Assembly: GCA_964529325.1 (NCBI GenBank) | Contig: CAZGWH010000001.1 | Coordinates: forward strand, 2,872-66,871 | Source of the DNA: an uncultured bacterium | Lineage (GTDB): Bacteria > Fidelibacterota > Marinisomatia > SCGC-AAA003-L08 > GCA-2689995 | Length of the DNA: 64,000 nucleotides | Direction: 5' to 3' | Shown: one piece after another, positions 38,728 to 48,132 of the stretch | Numbering within the stretch: position 1 is the stretch's first letter | How the letters are laid out: every line of letters starts with the position of its first letter | Notes under the pieces: generated by a model | Told to the model about the DNA's origin: nothing | The model's database searches: none | What the model saw: the letters and a program-made list of their open reading frames with translations, nothing else | Translations under genes and position numbers: made by a program

Positions 38728-40059
38728 TTAATTACCAATTATAATTCCAACTATTTGAATAATATCTATAACATTAATCTCATCATCTGAATTGATATCC
38801 ATTAAAATATTGCAATCTTCACTTTCAATTATACAGCTAACTGTTAAAACTATATCAAGTATATTAATATTCCCATCTAAATTTATATCGCCCGATAAAT
38901 CATTAATATCTCTAACGCATCTCACTGCATTAAATACATAATGGATATCACCCTGAGGCCCCATAGAGAAAGGATAGTCATCTGGATTTCCCGTTTTATA
39001 ATCACTTCGTTGTGCCCCTGCTCCATGCACATCCATTAACTGATTATTGATAATACCCTGAGCTTCACCAAAAGCTATATATGCAGATGTTGAATAAGGG
39101 TTTGGACTGTTAATATGTGTAGTTCCTGTCCAAAAATATGGATATTGGTTTGGATTATCAAACGGATCTAAAATTTCTGTTGTATAAAATATTGGGTTTA
39201 TAGCAGGTGAATTTGTAATATCAGGAGACCTAGAATAATCGACAATACTGTGTAATTCTTTTGGGTTTGGTAACCGCCAATCATCATGCCCTCCTAATTC
39301 AAGATTTTCAGCAAAATTTAATGCATTTTCCCAATCATAAAAATTGCCATCATCAGCTTGTTGCCACATTAATCCTGTATTTAAATCACTTATTGTTTCA
39401 TCATTATTATTTATAAAATTATTTGTACCATATTCTACATTTCCTCGAACCAATCTAAAATACATTTGATTTAATTGAGAAAATTGGGGTGGTTTAAATT
39501 TAGGGTACCCTTTAATTCGACCATCAACAAAATTTACTCCAAATATAGTTTCTACCTCAAACATTGTTTCCCCAACATATTCAGTTGACGACCATGTTTG
39601 TGCATCTATTTCCCGCTCACCTATAGAAACATCTCCTAGTGGTTGGTCAAAATAATTAGTATCAATGTACATATATATAGCTTCTTCCCCAAGAGACTCA
39701 CCCGTAAATAATATAAGGGAATACAATTCTTTTAAGGTGGGAACTCGCCAATCAGAATAACCACCAAGCGTAAGGGTATCTGCTTTATTAATTGCATCTA
39801 AATTGTTAATTTTAGGACCCATATAATGTTGTCACATCAACCCCGTTATATTATCTGTAATGGTTCCATCTCCATTGTCAGTGTATGATGGTTGATTGCC
39901 CAAGTAACTTGCATCTTGACCATAGAATGCTTCGTCAATATCGGGTTCGGTAATTATTTGATTATTATTATAAAATGTTTCAACACCAGTATCTACAATT
40001 GGGTATGGATTTGACTGAGAAAATACAATTGAACATAAAAATATAAATGAATACTTCAT
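38728..40059 (-). pseudogene. DUF1566 (Lcl C-terminal-like) secreted protein with dockerin-like tail, interrupted by an in-frame TGA
   Basis: Track ORFs 39832..40059 and 38728..39822 share a frame: TGLM-TGA-QHYMGPK; second repeat has TGLMWQQ; DWRVPT/DWRLPN motifs. Confidence 0.8.
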
Positions 40060-40143
40060 TTTAACTCCAAATTAATAATGAGTTCGACAAAGAATTTAAT
40101 AAAAGGTTAACTAAAAATAATTATTATAACAATTAATATTATC

Positions 40144-40503
40144 TTAAAAGTTTAATAGAGAATTTTGAAGTTTTTTTGTCAATTTATTAAAAACTAATTT
40201 ATATGAATCATTAATTAATTGAAATACCAAATTATCAGGAATTGAGTTTGACATTATAATCGTATTCCAATGATCTTTATTTAAATGGTAACCTGGTATA
40301 ATTTCACTATACATCCCCCTTTGGATAATAGCATCTTCAGGGTTGCATTTCAAAGAAACTCTACATGGCTCTAAATCGATAGAAATTAACGCAAACATTT
40401 TACCCCCAATTTTTGCAACTAAAGGTGAATCACCAAATGGATATGTTTCTATACACCCTTCTTTGTGTAACACATATTCTTTTACAGATATATAATCAAG
40501 CAT
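40144..40503 (-). CDS. MmcQ/YjbR family DNA-binding protein
   Basis: YPFG...KIGGKMFAL, LKCNP, PGYHLNKDHWNT. Confidence 0.9.
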   Translation of the reverse strand: MLDYISVKEYVLHKEGCIETYPFGDSPLVAKIGGKMFALISIDLEPCRVSLKCNPEDAIIQRGMYSEIIPGYHLNKDHWNTIIMSNSIPDNLVFQLINDSYKLVFNKLTKKLQNSLLNF

Positions 40504-40515
40504 CCATACCCTAAC

Positions 40516-41619
40516 TCAATCCATTTCTCCATTTTTCCCAAGCATATTAAATAATTTTTTTAATTTAATCTTTATTGAGTTATTATTTTCATTTTGAGAT
40601 TTACGATTGTTATTATTATTAAATGATGTATCAAAATTAACAATATTTTTAGGAAAAGCACTTTTTATTTTATCCCAAATTTCAACCCATGTATTCGATA
40701 AAGTTGGTAATATATCGTCAATAAATATTTGTCTAGAATAAATATAAAAATCTTTTGATGTTTTTGTAAATGTTTTTTTTTCAATTTCTAGATCCCAAGT
40801 TCCATAAGATCTACATCTTTGTATTGTTGCTTTACCAATAGATGTTGTTAATATGCCTGCACCAATACCTTGAATTATATCATCTGCGATTCGGCTTACA
40901 ACTGGAATTCCACCCATCATTTTTTCAGTAAATTTTTCGGTAAAATTTAACATATTTACAGAGGTAATAATTTTTAAAACATCTTTTAAATAAATGACTG
41001 TTTGAGAGAAAGGTGGTCTCTGATTATATAGGTTAACCAATTGATTAAACATTTTAAAATTTCTATAAATGATAAAATATATATCAAATGATCTAAAAGG
41101 ACTGAGCGTTACACCTGCGATTGAATCTCTAACTGTATTTTTAACAATTAATTCTGCTTTTTCATTTAATATAATTAATACAGGTTGAATTATTTTGATA
41201 TCAATCGTATCTATGTACTCTTTATGACTAAAATTGTTTGAATTGCTACTGATATGTTTAAATTCAGTTTGTAATTTTAATTTATAAGCATGACTAATAT
41301 TTGGATTTTTTAATAATTTTTTTGAATAATTTTCTATAAATAATTTATATTTATTTTTAAACTTAACAGAATTAATACCTCCATATTTTTGCGGTAAAGG
41401 GATATGTATAGATCTTTTATATGTTATAAATATCCTTAAAAATGGAAAAACTGCCCATAATAATAATCCAATTATAATAATTATAAATAAAATTGCAATT
41501 ATCGAGTTAAAATTAGCTAAAGTTTGGTAGGCTCTTAATAATTCAATGAAAATAAATGATAAAAAGAGAATCGAAATAAGTATTATAATTCGTTTAAAGT
41601 ATTTAATTAATTTTAACAT
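40516..41619 (-). CDS. YcjF/DUF697-like membrane protein
   Basis: Two N-terminal TMs; TLSPFRSFD and QGIGAGILT segments. Confidence 0.6.
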   Translation of the reverse strand: MLKLIKYFKRIIILISILFLSFIFIELLRAYQTLANFNSIIAILFIIIIIGLLLWAVFPFLRIFITYKRSIHIPLPQKYGGINSVKFKNKYKLFIENYSKKLLKNPNISHAYKLKLQTEFKHISSNSNNFSHKEYIDTIDIKIIQPVLIILNEKAELIVKNTVRDSIAGVTLSPFRSFDIYFIIYRNFKMFNQLVNLYNQRPPFSQTVIYLKDVLKIITSVNMLNFTEKFTEKMMGGIPVVSRIADDIIQGIGAGILTTSIGKATIQRCRSYGTWDLEIEKKTFTKTSKDFYIYSRQIFIDDILPTLSNTWVEIWDKIKSAFPKNIVNFDTSFNNNNNRKSQNENNNSIKIKLKKLFNMLGKNGEMD

Positions 41620-41667
41620 AACCCCCCTCTTACCATAATCAAACTTATCTTAAAAATTAATAACCAT

Positions 41668-42939
41668 TTATTTATAAGATTTTATTAAGTTTTCTAGTTT
41701 ATTTAATCCATCTTTTAGCTTTGACATTTCCACACCAAAACTAATTCGTGAATAATTATTATATCGTGCAAATGCTCTTCTTTTCCCTGGATTTACATCA
41801 AAGAATGTCCCCGGAACTGTGATAATTTTTTCTTTAAGTCCAGCTTTGAATAATTCCATTCCATCATTTAATGGTTTAGGCAATTGTGATAAATTTGCCC
41901 ACACATAAAAAGAACCCATTGGAGAATGTTCAACAATTATTCCCATTTTTTTAAATCGGTTAATTGTATAATCTCGTTTTTCTTTAAAACACATTTGAAG
42001 TGATGAAGATTCTTGTTTGACATAATCAATTTCAAGTAGTGATACAGTATGATGTTGAAATGGGTTACTTGCTCCTCCATCTAAAAATGAACCTGCACTT
42101 GTAACCCTATTTATTACTTCTTTAGGTCCTAATGTCCAACTAATTCTCCATCCCGGATATCGCCAATTTTTTGTTAATCCATCTACAATAATTATTGGAT
42201 CTTGATTAACATCTTCAACAAATTCTGCACTTGAAATAATATTTAATCCACCATCTTTTGATTGATTATAAATATAATGTGAATAAAATTCATCAAAAAT
42301 CATTGTACAATTATATTTTCGTGCAATATTTACGCGTTCTTTTAATTCTTCACCAAAAATTAATTGCCCCGTAGGATTACATGGATTACTCATAAGCATC
42401 GCACCTAATCCTCTACCTGTAATTTCTTTTTTTAAATCTTCAGTGGAAATTTTATAACCATTTTCAGGGTTTAACAATATTGGAATAGGTGTAAATGCTT
42501 TAAATATACTCAACAACTCTTCATAGGCTGTATAATCAGGAATAAAGTAACCCATATTTATATTTCCCAATGATGCAGCTAACCGTGTTAATCCTGAGCG
42601 ACCACCACCTGAAATTGCTACATTCTCATACGTATATTTTGAGCGTTTATTTTTTCTAAAAACTTGATTATAGAATTCAGCAATTTTATTTCTTAATTCA
42701 ATGATACCATCAACAGGTGAATACTCAAATGTATCCGTATGGATTTCTATTTTATTTATTCTTTCGGGACTATTTGGTAAAGCTGTTGTTTCAGGTGCAC
42801 CCTGTCCTAAATTAATCCAATCAGGATGATTTCGATTAAAGCCTACTTTTGATGCTTCACTCATAATATAAATCACACCTGTTTTAGGTAAAGATCTAAA
42901 TCCAGGAATTACTTTTTTATCTGAATCATTTTGTGTCAA
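41668..42939 (-). CDS. PLP-dependent aminotransferase class I/II
   Basis: NLGQGAPE, SNPCNPTG, FDEFY, GLTKNWRYPGWRI (PLP lysine). Confidence 0.92.
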   Translation of the reverse strand: MTQNDSDKKVIPGFRSLPKTGVIYIMSEASKVGFNRNHPDWINLGQGAPETTALPNSPERINKIEIHTDTFEYSPVDGIIELRNKIAEFYNQVFRKNKRSKYTYENVAISGGGRSGLTRLAASLGNINMGYFIPDYTAYEELLSIFKAFTPIPILLNPENGYKISTEDLKKEITGRGLGAMLMSNPCNPTGQLIFGEELKERVNIARKYNCTMIFDEFYSHYIYNQSKDGGLNIISSAEFVEDVNQDPIIIVDGLTKNWRYPGWRISWTLGPKEVINRVTSAGSFLDGGASNPFQHHTVSLLEIDYVKQESSSLQMCFKEKRDYTINRFKKMGIIVEHSPMGSFYVWANLSQLPKPLNDGMELFKAGLKEKIITVPGTFFDVNPGKRRAFARYNNYSRISFGVEMSKLKDGLNKLENLIKSYK

Positions 42940-42944
42940 TTAAA

Positions 42945-43994
42945 CTATTCTCCTAAAATCAAATTAACCAATAAAACTATATCAATCACGTTTAAACTAT
43001 TATTACTATTCATATCACCAATTTCATCATATTCACCCAATAATACTAAATTAACAACAGCCACTAAATCAAGAATATTAATTATATCATCGTTATTTAA
43101 ATCGCCTAATATGGTCAAATAAAATTGTAACTTTAGCCCAACGGGTCTATGGTCAGAAACATGTTGATCATATTCATTTAATCCGCCATCTAAATATTCA
43201 TCTATTTTAATAGTTTGAATATCTGAATTAGCGTCATTAAAATTATCAAAAAGTTCATTTGAAATTAAAATATGGTCAAGATGAGATGGCCACCCAGGGT
43301 ATGACCACCCTGAGCTATTTCCTTCTGCAATTTCTAAATCAGAAAAAAGATAATTTTCATTATCTTCTAAAAACATCTGAAAAACATTATTTGAAATTTC
43401 ATCCGTTAAAATATCATTTAAGTCTCCTAAAATAATTACATTTTCAAATTCTAAATAATTATCAATATATTCTTTTAGTAAATTATTTGCAGTATATCTT
43501 CTAAATTCTTCATCTCCATCATTTCCTAATTCTAAAATTCCATCTCCACAACATTTATAATGGTTATTGATAACGAAGATATTTTCTCCATTGAAGTTCA
43601 AATCCATAACCATTGGTGAGCGAGGGAATGCATTCCAATATTCAGAAGTAATATAGATTTCATACATATTATTAATTTCGATTGTATTTGTATTATAAAT
43701 ATATGCTAACCCTGCAAACCAATTAGATTCGTAATACCCTGCATAATTAGTGAGTCCACTTAGCATTTGATCAAACATATCGGTATCATCAACTTCTTGA
43801 ATTGCAATTAAATCTACATCAAGAGCTTGAATAATTTCAGTTACATAATCTACTGTCGTTTGGTCATTTTTTGGAAACCATTCAATATTCCAAGTTATCA
43901 CTTCAAAGGTTTCATTTGAACCAAAATTTAAATCATTTAAATCCTGTGCAATCATAAAACAGACTAAAATAATAAAAATCAATATTTTTTTCAT
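42945..43994 (-). CDS. Secreted endonuclease/exonuclease/phosphatase-family protein with dockerin-like tail
   Basis: TWNIEWF, IAIQEV, ILGDLN, HLDHIL, SDHRPV; tail GDLNNDDIINILD...GDMNSNNSLNVID. Confidence 0.9.
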   Translation of the reverse strand: MKKILIFIILVCFMIAQDLNDLNFGSNETFEVITWNIEWFPKNDQTTVDYVTEIIQALDVDLIAIQEVDDTDMFDQMLSGLTNYAGYYESNWFAGLAYIYNTNTIEINNMYEIYITSEYWNAFPRSPMVMDLNFNGENIFVINNHYKCCGDGILELGNDGDEEFRRYTANNLLKEYIDNYLEFENVIILGDLNDILTDEISNNVFQMFLEDNENYLFSDLEIAEGNSSGWSYPGWPSHLDHILISNELFDNFNDANSDIQTIKIDEYLDGGLNEYDQHVSDHRPVGLKLQFYLTILGDLNNDDIINILDLVAVVNLVLLGEYDEIGDMNSNNSLNVIDIVLLVNLILGE

Positions 43995-43995
43995 A

Positions 43996-45132
43996 TCATT
44001 CTCCTAAAATCAAATTTACTAAAAGTACTACATCTAAAACATCTATTGAACTATCTTCATTCATATCTGCGAAAACAGCAGATTCATTATTCAATATTAA
44101 ACCAACTAATAATACAATATCTAACACATTAATCAAAGAATCTTGATTAATATCTCCTAAATAAAATTCATCTTCACAACTTCCATCATCATTTAAAGCA
44201 TACGGATTATAATTTATTGAAGTATCATCCATACAACCTACAATTCGTGGGTAAAAATATAAATTCGCTGGGATTCCAAAAGTCTCTTCACTTGTTGTAA
44301 AATATCCAAACCCTTCAGAATGCCACGCAACAGCTTCACCTTGTGGTTCCATGATATACTCAACTTGAGTAGGTGAATATAATGCATCAATTATGCTTTC
44401 CCTTTCATCCCATTCATAATGAAAAATATGTTGGTAGGATTTCAATAATATTTCTCTTCCATCCATAGAAATATCTCCAGCCGTAATCCAAGTTAATTGA
44501 TTATTAACCTGATTTTGGTTAGGATACATATCAAAACCACCTAATAATATTGCAGTATTTAATGATTCAGTTTGTTGTGGAAATGGTAATGCGAAAACAA
44601 AAGTTTCATTTTCTCTTTTGGAAATAGTATAGATATCCAATGTATTTGGATCAACCATAAGTGTTTCTGAATCTCTATTTCCATTTGGATATTCATAGGA
44701 AATCGTTTCAATATTAACAATATTTTCAGTTATTGGGTTTTGAATTGATAAGACATCAGGTTCTAAAAATCGATGGATATATTTAACATTATATTGGCTA
44801 TTATTATCACCAATATCACCAATATAAATATAATAATCAGTTCCATTTATATTTGGAGAAATTGAAATATCTTCCCAATCTCGTGCTGTAATATTGGGTA
44901 AAATAAATTTACCTAAATGCTCACCATTCTGATTTAATGCAAATATACAACTCTCACCTCCCGAGTCATTATGCGTCCAAAATACATTCTCATTTTTTGA
45001 ACTCGCAACTAAACCCGATGCCTCATTAATGTCATTATTTTCAAGTATTCCCCAATTTTCTCGTTCACCAAATATTGGTTCTGTGCCGAAAATTAATGAC
45101 ATAAATAAAACTATATAAATTATTATTTTCAT
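43996..45132 (-). CDS. Secreted beta-propeller-like protein with GC.D...NY...DDGSC repeat and dockerin-like tail
   Basis: EASGL, WTHNDSGG, DWEDI, DSETL, QGEAVAW; GCMDDTSINYNPYALNDDGSC; tail GDINQDSLINVLD. Confidence 0.75.
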   Translation of the reverse strand: MKIIIYIVLFMSLIFGTEPIFGERENWGILENNDINEASGLVASSKNENVFWTHNDSGGESCIFALNQNGEHLGKFILPNITARDWEDISISPNINGTDYYIYIGDIGDNNSQYNVKYIHRFLEPDVLSIQNPITENIVNIETISYEYPNGNRDSETLMVDPNTLDIYTISKRENETFVFALPFPQQTESLNTAILLGGFDMYPNQNQVNNQLTWITAGDISMDGREILLKSYQHIFHYEWDERESIIDALYSPTQVEYIMEPQGEAVAWHSEGFGYFTTSEETFGIPANLYFYPRIVGCMDDTSINYNPYALNDDGSCEDEFYLGDINQDSLINVLDIVLLVGLILNNESAVFADMNEDSSIDVLDVVLLVNLILGE

Positions 45133-45165
45133 AATCTCTTTCTAATAAATTTAATAAGATTCCAA

Positions 45166-46146
45166 TTAAAATTTAAATCCTTCACACGGGTCTTTATCGT
45201 CTTTTCTATCCGTAAACCAAAAATATTCATGTAATGGTAGATACTTATGATCATTAATTATCGTTGAGTTATAATAATCATTTAATTGAGATTCTTCAAT
45301 TGAAATTTCTTTAAACCCTAAATTCAATTGATTTAAATTTGGATTTAAATAATTTACTCTTTCAAAAACGCCCATATTATGTTCTACATGTCCCCCACCT
45401 ACAATTAAAATTACAGGATTATTATTATTTTTAGCCATCATGGAAATTGCTTTAGCCATTGCATCATTCCGTGCAACCCAAGTATGAAATAATTTTTCAA
45501 AATTATCTTTTGGCACCCATCCACAATGACTATCTTTAAACTTTTTTACCATTAATTTTTGATAATTTGTGTCAATATAATTAGTGAATGATAATTGGTT
45601 TAATTCCACAGGTGTTAACGCATGCATTCCTTCACGAGAAATTCGTGAAACTATTCCCTTGGGTAAGTCTGCACCAAAAATAGTCAATTTATTTTCTTTT
45701 GCTAATTTTACTAAATCGAAATAGAAATTCCAATCTTCATCCGTTTTGTGTTGCCACCCCAGTTTTTCTCTCAATTTTTCTTCGTCTTTTTCTGGGTTTT
45801 CTTCTCCATGTTGGAACGGGGATTTTATACCATTAATATATTTCATTAAATCACTTGTCTGGTGTTGATAAAAAAATTCAAATCCAATAACAGGATTTTT
45901 ACCTTCAGATAATAATAATTTAATAATATCAATTTGATGTTTATGATGATCAACATTATCGTGTTTTTCTCCAAGATAAATCACATCAGAATATTTCATT
46001 TTATCAATTAATTTTTCAACTGAAATAATCTCATTATTTTTCGTATTTACAATTTTTCCAATTAAATCATTTTCATTTGGCTCACAAAAAGTAAGTGAAA
46101 CCAACATAATTGAAAAAATTGTTATATAGCTATCTTTTTTATTCAA
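45166..46146 (-). CDS. ChaN-family (haem-uptake/Tiki superfamily) exported protein
   Basis: VIYLGEKHDNVDHH, IGFEFF, RNDAMA, IVGGGHVE. Confidence 0.85.
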   Translation of the reverse strand: MNKKDSYITIFSIMLVSLTFCEPNENDLIGKIVNTKNNEIISVEKLIDKMKYSDVIYLGEKHDNVDHHKHQIDIIKLLLSEGKNPVIGFEFFYQHQTSDLMKYINGIKSPFQHGEENPEKDEEKLREKLGWQHKTDEDWNFYFDLVKLAKENKLTIFGADLPKGIVSRISREGMHALTPVELNQLSFTNYIDTNYQKLMVKKFKDSHCGWVPKDNFEKLFHTWVARNDAMAKAISMMAKNNNNPVILIVGGGHVEHNMGVFERVNYLNPNLNQLNLGFKEISIEESQLNDYYNSTIINDHKYLPLHEYFWFTDRKDDKDPCEGFKF

Positions 46147-46345
46147 AATTCTCCTTCTTAAAGGTTTTAATTATTATATATAAAATCTCTTTTATTCTTT
46201 ATTGTTTTTCTATAAACTATAATTTACAAATAATTAAATTTTCTATATTAAAAATTTCTATTTTAATTATAATAATTCATTTTATTTATACAATATAAAA
46301 TTAATAAATTACGAGTCTATAATTTAAAAGGAAATATAGCATTAT

Positions 46346-46597
46346 ATGAGTGCAAAAGGATCAGAACTTAAAAGGGTTAAACAAAACCTTAAAAGATATC
46401 AACGGAATAAACATTATAAATCAGTGTTAAAGTCCGCAATTAAAAATGTAATTAACGCTGAAAATAAAGAAACTGCACAATCTGCATTATCTTCTTCATT
46501 TTCAGTAATAGACAAAACTGCAAGAAAAGGCATCATACATAAAAATAAAGCTGCAAATCAAAAATCTAGATTAATGCGGCATGTTGCCTCTTTATAA
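46346..46597 (+). CDS. rpsT: 30S ribosomal protein S20
   Basis: IDKTARKGIIHKNKAANQKSRL. Confidence 0.95.
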   Translation: MSAKGSELKRVKQNLKRYQRNKHYKSVLKSAIKNVINAENKETAQSALSSSFSVIDKTARKGIIHKNKAANQKSRLMRHVASL

Positions 46598-46604
46598 TTT
46601 ATTA

Positions 46605-46632
46605 GGCCGGTTTAATTTAATTTAAGCCGGTC
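46605..46632 (+). terminator. GC-rich hairpin after rpsT (terminator-like), overlapping the hutH 3' end
   Basis: GGCCGGTTTAA-tttaat-TTAAGCCGGTC pairs fully with two G-U wobbles on the + strand; weak U-tract. Confidence 0.5.
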
Positions 46633-48132
46633 TTCAACCCACCAAAGTAAATTACCATTATTAACTAATTTAATAGCATTTAAAATATCTGCTTCCATAA
46701 ATCGGTCTGTCGTTAATTTTGGAATTATTTTTCGAACCTGTTCACGAACATTTTCAAGTGGCGGACTTGATAATAAATTACCTCTGAAATCCATTCCTTG
46801 AAGTGCTGTAATTAATTCAATACCCAATATGCGTTCTACATTCTCAACAATTTGCAATAATTTTCGGCCTGCATAAGGTGCCATACTTACAAAATCTTCT
46901 TGTCCTGCACCTGTTGGAATACTATCCACTGTTGATGGACTTGATAAACTTTTATTTTCAGATGCAATTGAAGCTGAAGTAATTTGTGTTATCATAAATC
47001 CAGAATTTAGCCCTGGATTATCAACTAAAAATGTTGGAAGACCAAAATCACCATTTACGAGTGTCGAAATTCGGCGTTCACTTATTGCACCCAAAGTTGT
47101 CAATGCAATTGCAGAACAATCCATGGCCTGACCAATCGCCTGTGCATGAAAATGTCCAGCAGAAATAACTTCCCCGTCATTTAAAATCAAAGGATTATCA
47201 CTCACTGAATTTACTTCTGTCTCAACAACATTGAATAAATAATTTAAATTCTCTCTACTTGCACCATGTACATGAGGCATACATCTCAAACAATACATAT
47301 CTTGAACACGCTCGCATCCATCATGTGATTTTCTTATTTCACTATCTTCAAGAAGATTATATAAATTTTCAGCAGAATCTAATTGCCCACGATGTGGTTT
47401 TAAATCATGAATATCACTTTTATATGCTCGATGAGTACCAAGAAGTGCATCAACTGATAAAGCTCCAATAATATCACAATTTTTTATAATTTTTTTAGCT
47501 TGAATTGAAGCATAGATTCCATGTGCTGTTGAAAATTGAGTACCATTAATTAATGCTAAACCTTCTTTATAACTTAACTGAACAACTTTTATTTTTAACC
47601 TATCTAAAACATCTTTAGCAGGCGATAACTCGCCATTAAATTTTAAGTTGGAATATCCTAATAATGGTAATGTCATATGAGCTAAAGGTGCTAAATCACC
47701 ACTCGCCCCTACTGACCCCTGAGAAGGAATTATTGGTAGGCAATTAAAATTTAATAAATCAATTAGCCGTTCTACAATTTCAATTCTTACCCCACTATAT
47801 CCTTTTGAAAGACCTATGATTTTTGTTAATATAATAAGCTTAACTAGATTGTCATTAATTGGGGCACCAACTCCAGTAGCATGTGATAAAATTAAATTTT
47901 CTTGTAATTTTGAAATATTATCATCTGAAATTTTAACTTGGCTTAATTTTCCAAATCCTGTATTCACGCCATAAATAGTTTGTCCACTTTTAACTGCAAG
48001 GTTCAACCGTTTTCTAGAATCATTAATTAACTTTTGTGATTCTTTTGAAAGTACTACCTTTGTATTATTAGACAGAAAAAAAGCGAAATCAGATATTTTA
48101 TAATTTTTATTTTCAATTATAAATTCATTCAT
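46612..48132 (-). CDS. hutH: Histidine ammonia-lyase
   Basis: YGVNTGFG, LILSHA (His specificity), GASGDLAPL (MIO-forming ASG), KEGLALING. Confidence 0.94.
   Translation of the reverse strand: MNEFIIENKNYKISDFAFFLSNNTKVVLSKESQKLINDSRKRLNLAVKSGQTIYGVNTGFGKLSQVKISDDNISKLQENLILSHATGVGAPINDNLVKLIILTKIIGLSKGYSGVRIEIVERLIDLLNFNCLPIIPSQGSVGASGDLAPLAHMTLPLLGYSNLKFNGELSPAKDVLDRLKIKVVQLSYKEGLALINGTQFSTAHGIYASIQAKKIIKNCDIIGALSVDALLGTHRAYKSDIHDLKPHRGQLDSAENLYNLLEDSEIRKSHDGCERVQDMYCLRCMPHVHGASRENLNYLFNVVETEVNSVSDNPLILNDGEVISAGHFHAQAIGQAMDCSAIALTTLGAISERRISTLVNGDFGLPTFLVDNPGLNSGFMITQITSASIASENKSLSSPSTVDSIPTGAGQEDFVSMAPYAGRKLLQIVENVERILGIELITALQGMDFRGNLLSSPPLENVREQVRKIIPKLTTDRFMEADILNAIKLVNNGNLLWWVEDRLKLN

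Noticed and set aside
39832-39834. Genome-wide UGA recoding (Trp/Gly) or selenocysteine
   Set aside because: TGA ends nusA, dinG and the DUF296 gene in start-stop overlaps, Trp is TGG elsewhere, and the aligned residue is Trp rather than Cys
46110-46298. 62-aa plus-strand ORF in the chaN-rpsT gap
   Set aside because: Ile/Lys/Phe/Tyr low-complexity translation of AT-rich promoter DNA
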